64,000 nt of DNA, taken from NCBI GenBank assembly GCA_963705125.1, contig CAVPIY010000005.1, positions 20,793 through 84,792 on the forward strand. The letters run 5' to 3'. Position numbers and translations under genes: made by a program. This DNA comes from an uncultured Bacteroidales bacterium. GTDB lineage: Bacteria > Bacteroidota > Bacteroidia > Bacteroidales > UBA10428. The first letter of the stretch is position 1, and each line of letters opens with the position of its first letter. Shown one piece after another: positions 36,297-46,263 of the stretch. The notes beneath the pieces were generated by a model. It had not been told where the DNA came from, searched no databases, and saw only the letters and a list, made by a program, of their open reading frames with translations.

Positions 36297-38419
36297 ATGA
36301 TAGTACGTTCTATTCTATCCCTGATTTTCCTGGTATCCATTTTCTTTTCCGGATGTCAGCCCAAGCAGGGCGAACTTTATATCGCACCTTACGGTGACGA
36401 CAGCAATTCCGGAACATTGGAAAAACCTTTCCTGACACCGGAACGGGCCCGTGATGCCGCACGTGAAATGAGAAAAGCCGGCACGATTCCGGCAGGGAGG
36501 TCTGACCATCTGGTTACGCGGTGGTGATTATACCCGGACAATAACCCTGGATCTGAATGAGGATGATTCCGGAACACCTGAAGCGCCTATCATATGGCGG
36601 GCTTATGCCAACGAACGTGTAAGAATGCTCGGCGGACAAGTGATCAAGGATTTTCAGCCGCTCAAGGATGAGGCTGTGCGGGAGAGACTGGATGAAACTG
36701 CAAGAGACAAGGTACTTGTTGCTGATTTGAGCACACAGGGTATCCTGGACTATGGCCTGCTGCAGTCGCGCGGATTCGGCAGACCAACTGTGCCCGCTCA
36801 CGGAGAGGTCTTCTTTGATGGTATGCCTATGACGCTGGCTCGCTGGCCCAATACAGGCAGCTGGGAGCTTATTGCGGACTTCCCCCACAAGAAGGCATGG
36901 ATGATGGCCATGGTACGACCATCGGATCACTCACGGCCGGTTTCTTCTATACAGGCGATCGTCCGGGTCGCTGGAAGGACCACGGCAATATCTGGCTGCA
37001 TGGTTATTGGGCATATGATTGGGCCAACAGTTACGAAAAGGTCGCCGAATTGGACACTGCACACCGCTTTCTCCGGACAGAAGCACCTTACGGACATTAT
37101 GGATTTGGCAAGGGACAACGGTTCTACTTCCTGAACATCCTGGAAGAACTTGATGAACCCGGAGAATGGTTTGTTGACAGCAGGCTGGTAAGCTCTATTT
37201 CTGGCCTCCTGGACCGCTTGATTCAGGTGAGGTACTTTTCTCCATGCTGGAACAGCCCCTGATCAGACTCACAAATGCAAGCCATGTCACTTTTCGTGGC
37301 ATTGTATTCGAGGCCGCCCGGGGCAATGCGATTGAAATCAACGGCGGTGAAGGAAATCTTGTGACAGGTTGCCTGATCCGCAATACCGGGAACTGGGCGG
37401 TAATCTCGATCTCCGGAGGCAGGAATCACGGGGTACGTAGTTGCGATATATCGGATACCGGTGACGGCGGCGTTACAATGGATGGCGGCGACCGCCAGAC
37501 ACTGACGCCCGGGAATCACTATGTGGAAAACTGCCACTTCCAGCGACTGGGACGCTGGTCAAAATGCTATGTTCCGGCCGTCTCCATGACCGGAGTCGGG
37601 CTGCGTGCCTCACACAACCTCATCCATGATCACCCGCATTGTGCGATCCTTTTCTGGGGTAATGATCATATCATTGAATTCAACGATATCCATCATGTTG
37701 CCCTTGAAACGGGTGATGTGGGAGCCATCTATACAGGCCGTGATTACTCCTTCCGGGGTAATCAAGTCCGGAACAATTACATCCATGAGACCGGCGGTGT
37801 GGGCATGGGTTCCATGGGCGTGTATATGGATGACTGTATTAGCGGCACGGAAGTATCCGGCAATATCTTCTACAAGGTTCATTGGGCCATGTTCATCGGC
37901 GGCGGGCGTGATCACCGTGTTGAGAACAATCTGTTTGTAGACTGTGATCCGGCTGTACGTGCCGACGGCCGGGGCCTTGATCCGAAACCGGTTTGGTACG
38001 GCATGGTGAATGATCTCATGCGCAAACGCCTGCAGGATGTACCCGCTGACCTTTACCGTGAACGTTATCCGGCAATGAAAACCCTTGACCGGTATTATGG
38101 TAAACCTGACAGTGAACCTATTATTGGTGAAGCCTTCAAGGGTATTCCCCCCGAAGGCAATGCCATTGTCCGAAATGTTTGTTTCGGCAAATGGAAGGAG
38201 ATTGCCTGGTTTGCAGATGAGAAGCTATTTGACATCCGCGATAATTTTGTGACAGAGGACCTGAGCCAGATCGGCGGCCCTGAAACCGGTTTCCGGCTTC
38301 CGGAAAATTCACCGCTCTGGGAAACGGGATTTAAACCGATCCCGTTTGACCGGATCGGCCTGCAGGAGGACAATGACCGGATACAACTTGAAAAAATGCA
38401 CAAGCTCAAGAACCCATGA
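36297..38419 (+). pseudogene. Right-handed parallel beta-helix repeat lipoprotein broken by three frameshifts (or sequencing indels)
   Basis: Four ORF pieces in frames 3, 1, 3 and 2 read through as one protein. Piece 1 is the lipoprotein leader FFSGCQPKQGELYIAPYGDDSNSG...IPAG. Piece 2 is GLTIWLRGGDYTRTITL...WELIADFP. Piece 3 is QEGMDDGHGTTIGSL...EWFVDSR. Piece 4 is GKLYFWPPGPLDSGEVLFSMLEQPLIRLTNASHVTFRGIVFE... The shifts are near 36495-36498, 36882-36886 (C5 run) and 37181-37184. Confidence 0.8.
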
Positions 38420-38579
38420 GTGAATCTTGATCCAACCACAGGCAGTGAAATAAATAAGACCAGGCCATGCGTGGTTGTTTCGCCTGATGAGATGAACAAG
38501 CATTTACGGACCATTGTAATCGCTCCATTGACCACAAGTTCTGAAACATGAACCAATAAGGGTATTATTTGTTAATTGA
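38396..38579 (+). pseudogene. MazF/PemK-family toxin remnant (in-frame TGA at codon 8, 3' frameshift and truncation)
   Basis: Manual translation gives MHKLKNP-TGA-VNLDPTTGSEINKTRPCVVVSPDEMNKHLRTIVIAPLTTSSET-stop. The core matches the PemK/MazF N-terminal half (W.VNLDPT.GSE..KTRPCV.VSP.EMN..L.T..VAPLTS). No C-terminal half is present before the next gene. Confidence 0.65.
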
Positions 38580-39027
38580 AAAAAAATCTAACAAGAAAAA
38601 CATGGAAACAATAACTGTTAATTATTGGGCTATAGCATCAGGAGCCATTCTGTCAATGATCATTGGTGCAATATGGTATGGACCCCTTTTCGGAAAAAAG
38701 TGGATGGAAATTGCAGGAGTGAATCCTGCTGATGAAGAAGCAAGAAAGAAAATGCAAAAGTCGGCAGGACCCCTGTATGCCGTCCAATTTTTGCTGACCC
38801 TTTTTCAGGTTCTGGTTCTTGCACACCTGGTGGCCGATACCAAAATTGCCGGTGGTCTTGAACGGTCACTTTGGATATGGGCAGCCTTTGTTATTCCAAC
38901 CCTGGCAGGGGCTGTTATGTGGACGAACGAAAGCACTAAGTTGAAATGGTCTCGTTTCCTCATTCAGGGCGGATATCAGTTGGTGATCTTTGTTGTGTTT
39001 GGTTTGCTGTTGCAGTTTTGGAAGTAA
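38569..39027 (+). CDS. DUF1761-family membrane protein
   Basis: 152-aa ORF. INYWAIASGAILSMIIGAIWYGPLFGKKWMEIAG is typical of DUF1761. The probable start is METITV at 38602. Confidence 0.7.
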   Translation: MLIEKKSNKKNMETITVNYWAIASGAILSMIIGAIWYGPLFGKKWMEIAGVNPADEEARKKMQKSAGPLYAVQFLLTLFQVLVLAHLVADTKIAGGLERSLWIWAAFVIPTLAGAVMWTNESTKLKWSRFLIQGGYQLVIFVVFGLLLQFWK

Positions 39028-39051
39028 ATCCGAAATCTTAAAACGAAACCC

Positions 39052-40393
39052 TTATATCCCGGCAACCACCACGCCATCAATTACCAGGCTGGGAAATCTG
39101 GCCTGGCTGTATTGCCAGGGATCATTGGCCACTTCAACGAGTTTATTCCAGAATTTGAGATGGTTATCGGCAATGTTCATCTCAGCCACATTCTGAACAA
39201 ACTGGCCCTTGTCGAACAGTTTTCCAATAATGCCAACCGAGAAATCACCTGTGGTGGAATTGGAATTTCCGCCGATATAATCGGTGATCAGGATGCAGCG
39301 CCCCAGATCTTTGATGATCTCATCGACACTGCGGGTACCCGGTGGAATGATCAGGTTGGTAATCGATCCTGAAGTGGGTTCCCAGCCCAGTTTACGGCTG
39401 TAATACCAGTCGATCAGGAATTCATTTAGTCTACCTTCGATAATGAGATCCCGTTTCCTGGTCGGGAATCCGTCACTGTCATATAGCCTGGATCCGAGTC
39501 CCCTGATCAGAAAAGGATCTTCCTGAATTGTAAGCAATTTGCTGCCGATTGTCTGGTTTTTTTTATCGGCCAGGAAGGACCGCTTTTGTTGTATGCTTCC
39601 GCCTGACATGGGATCAAAAAGTCCGCTCAATACCCGCGCTGCACCACGGTTCTCAAGAATCACAGGGAGAGTTTCGGTGGCTATTTTTGTGCCTCCCATG
39701 AGATCCAGCGTTCTTTTGGCCGCTGTTTTGCCTATATCCTCAAGTGATGGAAGATCATCACGATACCGGCACCCGATCCAATGACTTCCGGCCGGACGCC
39801 GGTCACCTTCATCCTGTGCAGTCATGGTCGCACCGGTCCAATATACCGTCGTGCGGCTTGAGCCTTCAAAACCATTGCTGGTTATCACGAATTCTTCAAA
39901 GGTTTCATCGTATTCTCCTGCTTCAACTGAGATAACCTTGTCTTTCCCCTCCTGCAGACAGGCATCCTCCACTGTTCTTTGCCATGGCATGGCGTTCTTC
40001 AGCGGAAAGCTGTGATTGTGCCGGATCGGCAAGTTGCAGATCGCTGGTTGATCTTCCGGCATAGTATTTCGGATCCGGAAGTGTCCGGAACGGATCTTCT
40101 TCCATGATCCTGGCATTGTCAATCAGGTCGGTAATAAATCCGGTAAGGGTCGATTTGCGAAAATCGGGCGTGGATTTTCCTGCAAATCTGTTGTTGACAA
40201 AGACTTCGAGATACAGGCCCTGTGTGGTGGCCTCCTTGATGACCTCCGGCTTGCGATCGCGATAATTAATTTCAACAAAGCGTCGTTTTGAAATACTTAC
40301 TTTGCAATCGTTTGCTCCTGCCTGTCTGGTCTGGTCAATTACCCAGCCGGCCAGTTCCCGGAATTCCTGTTGCTGATCTATTTTGTACCTCAT
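39052..40393 (-). pseudogene. pmbA: PmbA/TldE-family metalloprotease partner split by one frameshift (or sequencing indel)
   Basis: The N-terminal ORF 39923..40393 ends ...SAEERHAMAK. The C-terminal ORF 39052..40122, in another frame, continues TVEDACLQEGKDKVISVEAG... The junction is near 39975 at an A-rich stretch (gcaaagaaca on the coding strand). Confidence 0.8.
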
Positions 40394-41961
40394 GACTGGC
40401 CTCCTTTCTGCTGGGTACCCCCAACGGTTAATGATTTAACGAGACAGGTCGGCATTCCGAAGGATACAGGAACTCCCTGTCCGTTTTTGCCACATTGTCC
40501 GGCGCCTCCGTAATACATTTCGAGATCGTTGGCTGCCATAGTAATATTGGCAAGCATCTTGGGACCGTTCCCCATGATGTTTACATCTTTGATCGGGGAA
40601 GTGAGTTTGCCATTTTCAATCATTCGTCCCTGTGAAACATAGAAAGCAAAATCACCTTCGCCGATTTTCACCTGGCCGTTGCTGACATCCTCAACATAAA
40701 TGCCATTGCCGGCTTGTTTGATCACATCATCCGGAGTTGCACTGCCTCCCAGCATGTAGGTATTGCGCATGCGTGGCATGGGATAATTCTGAAAGTCCTG
40801 TCTGCGACCGTTACCGGTTGGCTCAACGCCATAATGTTTTGCAGAAATCCTATCGTGCAGGTAGCTGGTAAGAATACCGTTTTCAACCATCATGGTCTTT
40901 TTACCCGGTATTCCTTCATCATCAACGTTGATACTGCCGGCAAGGTTCATGTTTGTTGCATCGTCAATGATGGTGATGAAAGGCTCTGCCACTTTCTTGC
41001 CCAGCATGGTACTGTAAGTGGAGATATTCTTCCGGTTGAAGTCCGCTTCCATACCATGGCCAATGGCTTCATGCAGCAGAATGCCCGTGACCCCGGGGCC
41101 CAGAACAACAGGCATCTCACCTGCAGGTGGCTGGATGGCATCGAATAGTTTTAGTGCATTATTCACTGCTTTAGATGAGACCTGGTTAATCAAATCGTCG
41201 GTATAATAGGAAAAATCGCGGCGACCACCCAGATTCCAGAATGATTGTTCACGTTTCCCATTTCTTTCAGCCACAACCGAAGCATATATGAACCCGGATG
41301 GAATAAGGTCTTCCGCCATAACGCCATCACTGGTTACTATCATGATACGTTTAACATTATTGGAAAAGCCGGCATTGACCTTAATAACTTCCTTGGAAAG
41401 GCCAAAACATTTTTGATTAATCGTTTGAAGCAGTGGCAACTTGGTCTTCGCAGGTATACCATTAAAATCAGCAGCGACAGGGTAATAATTTCCGGCTTTT
41501 GGTCTGGAGAAGGAACCAGCCACAGGAGTGGCATTCACGTTGCACAAGGTAGAAGCTGTGGCAGAAGCTGATAACATGGATTCCTCAGTAAGTTCCTGGG
41601 TAAAACCATACCCGATCTGGTCACCTTTCACCGTTCGGATCCCCACACCAAGGGAGATGTCGCCATAGGACTGGTTGACCTTGCCGTCTTCAAGTCCCAG
41701 ATAATTGGAAACCGTAAATTCAAAATACAGATCGGCAAAATCGCCACCTTTCGACAGGGCTTTTGCAAGCAACTTGTGGCAAAGGGTTTCATCAATCCCG
41801 AATTCTTTCAGGAAGTAATTGCTGGATGGCTGTGCCTTCAACCACATGCCAGCTTCAACTTCGGGGAGCAATAACATCGCACCACCCGCCATGGCAGTGC
41901 CACGAATAAATTTTCTTCTAGGTATGGGTTTCATTTTGTGTGTTTGGTATATTGTATGCAC
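40390..41961 (-). CDS. tldD: TldD-family metalloprotease with twin-arginine signal
   Basis: 523-aa ORF with a TAT leader (IPRRKFIRGTAMAGGAMLLLP) and the HEAIGHGMEADF zinc motif. It overlaps pmbA by 4 nt. Confidence 0.88.
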   Translation of the reverse strand: MHTIYQTHKMKPIPRRKFIRGTAMAGGAMLLLPEVEAGMWLKAQPSSNYFLKEFGIDETLCHKLLAKALSKGGDFADLYFEFTVSNYLGLEDGKVNQSYGDISLGVGIRTVKGDQIGYGFTQELTEESMLSASATASTLCNVNATPVAGSFSRPKAGNYYPVAADFNGIPAKTKLPLLQTINQKCFGLSKEVIKVNAGFSNNVKRIMIVTSDGVMAEDLIPSGFIYASVVAERNGKREQSFWNLGGRRDFSYYTDDLINQVSSKAVNNALKLFDAIQPPAGEMPVVLGPGVTGILLHEAIGHGMEADFNRKNISTYSTMLGKKVAEPFITIIDDATNMNLAGSINVDDEGIPGKKTMMVENGILTSYLHDRISAKHYGVEPTGNGRRQDFQNYPMPRMRNTYMLGGSATPDDVIKQAGNGIYVEDVSNGQVKIGEGDFAFYVSQGRMIENGKLTSPIKDVNIMGNGPKMLANITMAANDLEMYYGGAGQCGKNGQGVPVSFGMPTCLVKSLTVGGTQQKGGQS

Positions 41962-42215
41962 TAAAGTAGAAACATTTCAGGGATAATGGAACAGAAATAA
42001 AGTATTTATATCATTTAAATCCACATACTTTTAATTATCAACTCTTCATTTGCTTTTCTGCATATTTAAAAAAGATTTTCTAGATTTGATGTCCCTAAAC
42101 AGAGCAACATTCGGAAATCGGATTTGGCATCCGGATATGTCGGAATTTGATTAAATTTATGCTTTGATTTATCTACCATTTTATTTATGCTTACCATAAA
42201 CTAAAATCTTCAATT

Positions 42216-43703
42216 ATGAACAATAAGAAAAAATCGGGAATCAGCCGCAGGGAATTCCTGGGCAATACGGCCAAAGCTGCTGCCGTATTTACCATCATTC
42301 CCAGCCATGTTGTCAGCGGACTGGGTTATAAAGCCCCAAGCGATAAGCTGAACATTGCCGGTATTGGTGTTGGCGGAATGGGTTCTGCCAATCTGGAAAA
42401 CCTGAAAAGTGAAAACATTGTAGCACTTTGTGATGTAGACTGGGCTTATTCAGCTGACTGTTTCAAAACTTATCCGAATGCCAAAAAATACTGGGACTGG
42501 CGGGTTATGTTCGATGAAATGAAAAATTCCATCGATGCCGTGGTTGTTGCCACAGCCGACCACACCCATGCCATCACGGCATCCACCGCCATGACTTTGG
42601 GAAAACACGTCTATGTGCAAAAACCTCTGACTCATTCTGTTTATGAATCAAGGCTACTCACCAAACTGGCTGCAAAACATAAAGTTGCCACGCAGATGGG
42701 TAATCAGGGCAGTTCTGGCGAGGGTGTCAGACAGACCTGCGAGTGGATCTGGGCAGGTGAAATAGGTGAGATTAAAAAGGTTGAATCCTTCACTGACCGC
42801 CCCATCTGGCCACAGGGCCTTAATCGTCCGGAACAGGGACATTGGGTTCCTGAAACGCTGAACTGGGACCTCTTTATCGGCCCTGCTCCGATGCGTCCGT
42901 ACAATTCCATCTATCATCCCTGGAACTGGCGCGGCTGGTGGGATTTCGGCACCGGTGCACTGGGCGACATGGCCTGCCATATCCTGCATCCTGTTTTCAA
43001 GGGATTACGTCTGCAATACCCCACCCGGGTTCAGGGCAATTCCACCTTGCTGTTAACGGATTGCGCCCCCAATGCTGAATATGTGAAATTCATTTTCCCG
43101 GCCCGTCAGGGTCTGAAAACGGACAAGATCAAATTCCCCGAAGTGGAAGTTACCTGGTCCGATGGCGGTATCAAACCCATGTTCCCGAACGGCTGGCCTG
43201 CCGGAAGAGACATGAATGATGGCGGTGGCGGTGTTCTGTTCCACGGAACCAAGGATACCCTGGTTTGCGGTTGCTATGGCAAAGATCCCTGGCTGCTTTC
43301 GGGCAGGGTGCCAACCACGCCCAAAACGCTGCGCCGGGTTGAAGCCAGTCATGAAATGGACTGGGTAGCTGCCTGCAAGCAATCACCCGAATCCCGGGTT
43401 GAACTATCCTCTCCGTTCAGTGAAGCAGGACCTTTCAACGAAATGGTTGTCATGGGTGTTCTCGCCGTTCGCCTGCAGGGACTGAACAAGGAACTCACCT
43501 GGGACGGCCCGAACATGCAGTTTACCAATCTCACAGATACTGAGACTGTAAAGATCTGCATCGAAGATGCCTTCTCCATACATGACGGACATCCGACATT
43601 CAATAAAAAGTGGACTGATCCGATGCCGGCAAAAGCCTTCGCTACCGAACTGATCAATCATACATACAGAAAAGGCTGGTCATTGCCCGCAATGCCTGCC
43701 TAG
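42216..43703 (+). CDS. Gfo/Idh/MocA-family oxidoreductase with twin-arginine signal
   Basis: 495-aa ORF with a TAT leader (ISRREFLGNTAKAAAVFTII) and a Rossmann segment (LNIAGIGVGGMG...VALCDVD). Confidence 0.85.
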   Translation: MNNKKKSGISRREFLGNTAKAAAVFTIIPSHVVSGLGYKAPSDKLNIAGIGVGGMGSANLENLKSENIVALCDVDWAYSADCFKTYPNAKKYWDWRVMFDEMKNSIDAVVVATADHTHAITASTAMTLGKHVYVQKPLTHSVYESRLLTKLAAKHKVATQMGNQGSSGEGVRQTCEWIWAGEIGEIKKVESFTDRPIWPQGLNRPEQGHWVPETLNWDLFIGPAPMRPYNSIYHPWNWRGWWDFGTGALGDMACHILHPVFKGLRLQYPTRVQGNSTLLLTDCAPNAEYVKFIFPARQGLKTDKIKFPEVEVTWSDGGIKPMFPNGWPAGRDMNDGGGGVLFHGTKDTLVCGCYGKDPWLLSGRVPTTPKTLRRVEASHEMDWVAACKQSPESRVELSSPFSEAGPFNEMVVMGVLAVRLQGLNKELTWDGPNMQFTNLTDTETVKICIEDAFSIHDGHPTFNKKWTDPMPAKAFATELINHTYRKGWSLPAMPA

Positions 43704-43743
43704 TACCGTAACTCCCAATAATAACTTAAATTCATATTCACCT

Positions 43744-44538
43744 ATGAAAAAACTAATTGTTGCTGTTATCCTGATTGGTCTGGCCATTTCAGGCAGTCAG
43801 GTTTTCTATTCCTGTAAATCCGGCGGTAAAGGCGCCGATACCCTAAATGCTGATACTATGGCTGTAGTGGATTCAAATAATATGCTCTCTGCCAAGGAAC
43901 AGGCAGAAGGCTGGATTCTCATGTTCGACGGTAAAACCACAACGGGTTGGCGTGGATATAACAAACCGGCCTTCCCTGATTCCGGATGGGCCGTGGAAGA
44001 TGGTGCCATACGTTGTGTTGCTTCCGGTTTGGGCGAAGCCGGAGGCGCTGGCGGAGATATTATCTACGATCGCAAGTTCAAGGATTTCGACCTGAAAATT
44101 GACTGGAAAATATCCCCGGGCGGTAACAGCGGTATATTTTACCTGGCACAGGAAATCCCGAATGAACCGGTGTGGAAATCGGCTCCTGAAATGCAGGTAC
44201 TCGACAATACCACGCATCCGGATGCCCGACTGGGCAAGGATGGTAATCGCCAGGCCGGATCTCTTTACGACCTGATACCGGCTGTTCCGCAAAATGCAAA
44301 ACCTGTGGGCGAGTGGAACCAGTCCGAAATCCTGGTTTACCAGGGTACCGTTGTTCATTTTATGAACGGTGAAAAAGTGCTGGAATACCATATTGGCACG
44401 CCCGACTGGAACAAGATGATCAAGGCCAGCAAATTCAAGGAATTCCCTGAATTCGGCAAATACCTGGAAGGATATATCAGCCTGCAGGACCATGGTAATG
44501 ACGTGTGGTACAGAAATATCAAAATAAAATCCATGTAA
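43744..44538 (+). CDS. DUF1080 (3-keto-disaccharide hydrolase-like) secreted protein
   Basis: 264-aa ORF with a signal peptide. GWRGYNK...GWAVEDGAI...YDRKFKDFDLKIDWKISPGGNSGIFY...LQDHGNDVWYRNIKIK matches the DUF1080 pattern. Confidence 0.8.
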   Translation: MKKLIVAVILIGLAISGSQVFYSCKSGGKGADTLNADTMAVVDSNNMLSAKEQAEGWILMFDGKTTTGWRGYNKPAFPDSGWAVEDGAIRCVASGLGEAGGAGGDIIYDRKFKDFDLKIDWKISPGGNSGIFYLAQEIPNEPVWKSAPEMQVLDNTTHPDARLGKDGNRQAGSLYDLIPAVPQNAKPVGEWNQSEILVYQGTVVHFMNGEKVLEYHIGTPDWNKMIKASKFKEFPEFGKYLEGYISLQDHGNDVWYRNIKIKSM

Positions 44539-44578
44539 GTCTTATCCTCAGAAAGAAAAAGGAGGCCGATGGGAGTGC

Positions 44579-45310
44579 ATGACTTCTTATCTGCCTCTTT
44601 TTTTTATCAATAATCTTTCCGGCTTTATGCAATCCGTCAAATTCCTGGATCTCGGGCGAAAGGATTACAAAGAAACCTGGGACCTCCAGCAGCAGGTCCA
44701 TCAGAAACTGGTCAGGAAAAAGACCGGATCAAATGATCCGGAGGCTATGCCTTACCTTTTTTTTGTAGAACACCCCCATGTTTATACCCTGGGTAAAAGC
44801 GGTCAGGAAAACAACCTGCTCATACAGCCTCCTTTTCTTGAATCCATTAGGGCTACCTATTACCGTACCGACCGGGGCGGTGACATTACCTATCATGGTC
44901 CGGGCCAGATCGTCGGTTATCCTGTGCTGGACCTGGACATGTTTGGCCTGGGGGTGAAAAAATACATCCATAAGCTGGAAGAAGCAATTATTCAGACGCT
45001 GGATGATTCGGGGATCAGGTCATTCCGGCTCGAAAGTGCCACGGGAGTCTGGCTGGGAAACAAGGATGATTCTCACGTAAGGAAAATATGCGCCATCGGT
45101 GTCAGGATCAGCCGCGGCATTACCATGCACGGCTTTGCACTGAATGTCAACACCGATCTGAGCTACTTCAGTCATATCAATCCCTGTGGCTTTACTGACA
45201 AGGGGGTGACCTCCATGCAAAAGGAAAAGGGCAGCATCCAGGACATGGATGCCATAAAAACACTTCTATTGCAACACCTCATCCTGCAATTCGGAATCCG
45301 GCTGGTATAA
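44579..45310 (+). CDS. lipB: Lipoyl(octanoyl) transferase
   Basis: 243-aa ORF. EHPHVYTLGKSG, RGGDITYHGPGQ and KICAIGV match LipB. The probable start is MQSVKF at 44627. Confidence 0.9.
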   Translation: MTSYLPLFFINNLSGFMQSVKFLDLGRKDYKETWDLQQQVHQKLVRKKTGSNDPEAMPYLFFVEHPHVYTLGKSGQENNLLIQPPFLESIRATYYRTDRGGDITYHGPGQIVGYPVLDLDMFGLGVKKYIHKLEEAIIQTLDDSGIRSFRLESATGVWLGNKDDSHVRKICAIGVRISRGITMHGFALNVNTDLSYFSHINPCGFTDKGVTSMQKEKGSIQDMDAIKTLLLQHLILQFGIRLV

Positions 45311-45319
45311 ACTCAAGGA

Positions 45320-46231
45320 CTAAATCAGGATTCTGCGCCTGGGTTTTGTTCCTGGCACCATTATATGAAGTGCTTCGGGGACTACCCTGACCTTCAGGGG
45401 ACCCCTGAGTGTCATGGGTTCACCATCCAGGTGAATGGTGATCCTGCTATGCCCCTTTCGTTTTAAACTGGCCTTTTTCACCCGCATCACCTCCAGAAAT
45501 GGACTCTGGTCAATATTCTTGAAAAATAACCTGAGCCCCATCGTAATGGTCGAGGTCCTTGGAAAAGGCCTCAGAATGCAAAGATCAAGCATTCCATCAT
45601 TTATAACTGCATTGGGTGCTATATAGGCATTGTTCCCGTACTGCCCTGCATTGGCAAATGTCACCAGGAAAGCCTTTAATTTGATCTTTTTGTGATTTGT
45701 TTTCAGGATATAAGTCTTTGGCGAGTAGTTGATATATTGGTGAATTGTAGCCCGAACATAACTCAGCATACCACGCCTGCTGTCGCGGGAGAATTTTTTT
45801 CCGACCGAAGCATCAAAACCGGTTCCACAGGTACAGAAGAAATATTTCCCGTTTACTTTCCCGACATCAATTATCAGGTCTTTATGACTTTGTAGCAAGG
45901 TCAGGGCTTCAGGAACCTGCAAGGGTATCCCCAGATGACGGGCCAATCCGTTACCCGATCCTGCCGGGATAATTCCAAGTCTGCAATGGGTATTGACCAG
46001 AGCAGAAGCCACCTCATTCACCGTACCGTCACCCCCGACAGCGACAATCCATTTCAGTCCCTGCTTCACTTTTTCAAGGGCTATGTTAAACGCATGACCC
46101 GGAGATTCTGTGAAATATATTTCAAATAATTCAGGAGATATTTGCTGCCGGATACTTTCCAGGATGAATTCCTTTTGCCTTGAACCGGCAATGGGATTGA
46201 TAATGAAAATAATCTTGCTGTCTGGCTGCAT
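45320..46231 (-). CDS. Diacylglycerol-kinase-family lipid kinase (YegS/BmrU-like)
   Basis: 303-aa ORF with IINPIAGS and VAVGGDGTVNEV motifs. Confidence 0.85.
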   Translation of the reverse strand: MQPDSKIIFIINPIAGSRQKEFILESIRQQISPELFEIYFTESPGHAFNIALEKVKQGLKWIVAVGGDGTVNEVASALVNTHCRLGIIPAGSGNGLARHLGIPLQVPEALTLLQSHKDLIIDVGKVNGKYFFCTCGTGFDASVGKKFSRDSRRGMLSYVRATIHQYINYSPKTYILKTNHKKIKLKAFLVTFANAGQYGNNAYIAPNAVINDGMLDLCILRPFPRTSTITMGLRLFFKNIDQSPFLEVMRVKKASLKRKGHSRITIHLDGEPMTLRGPLKVRVVPEALHIMVPGTKPRRRILI

Positions 46232-46263
46232 GACGGATATGGATTAGAAAAAACAAATTATTT

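Noticed and set aside
38417-38419. TGA at codon 8 of the MazF-like ORF as selenocysteine or read-through recoding.
   Set aside because: There is no SECIS-like context. The position corresponds to Trp in the family (TGG to TGA is a single transition), and the gene is also truncated at its 3' end, so inactivation is the simpler reading.
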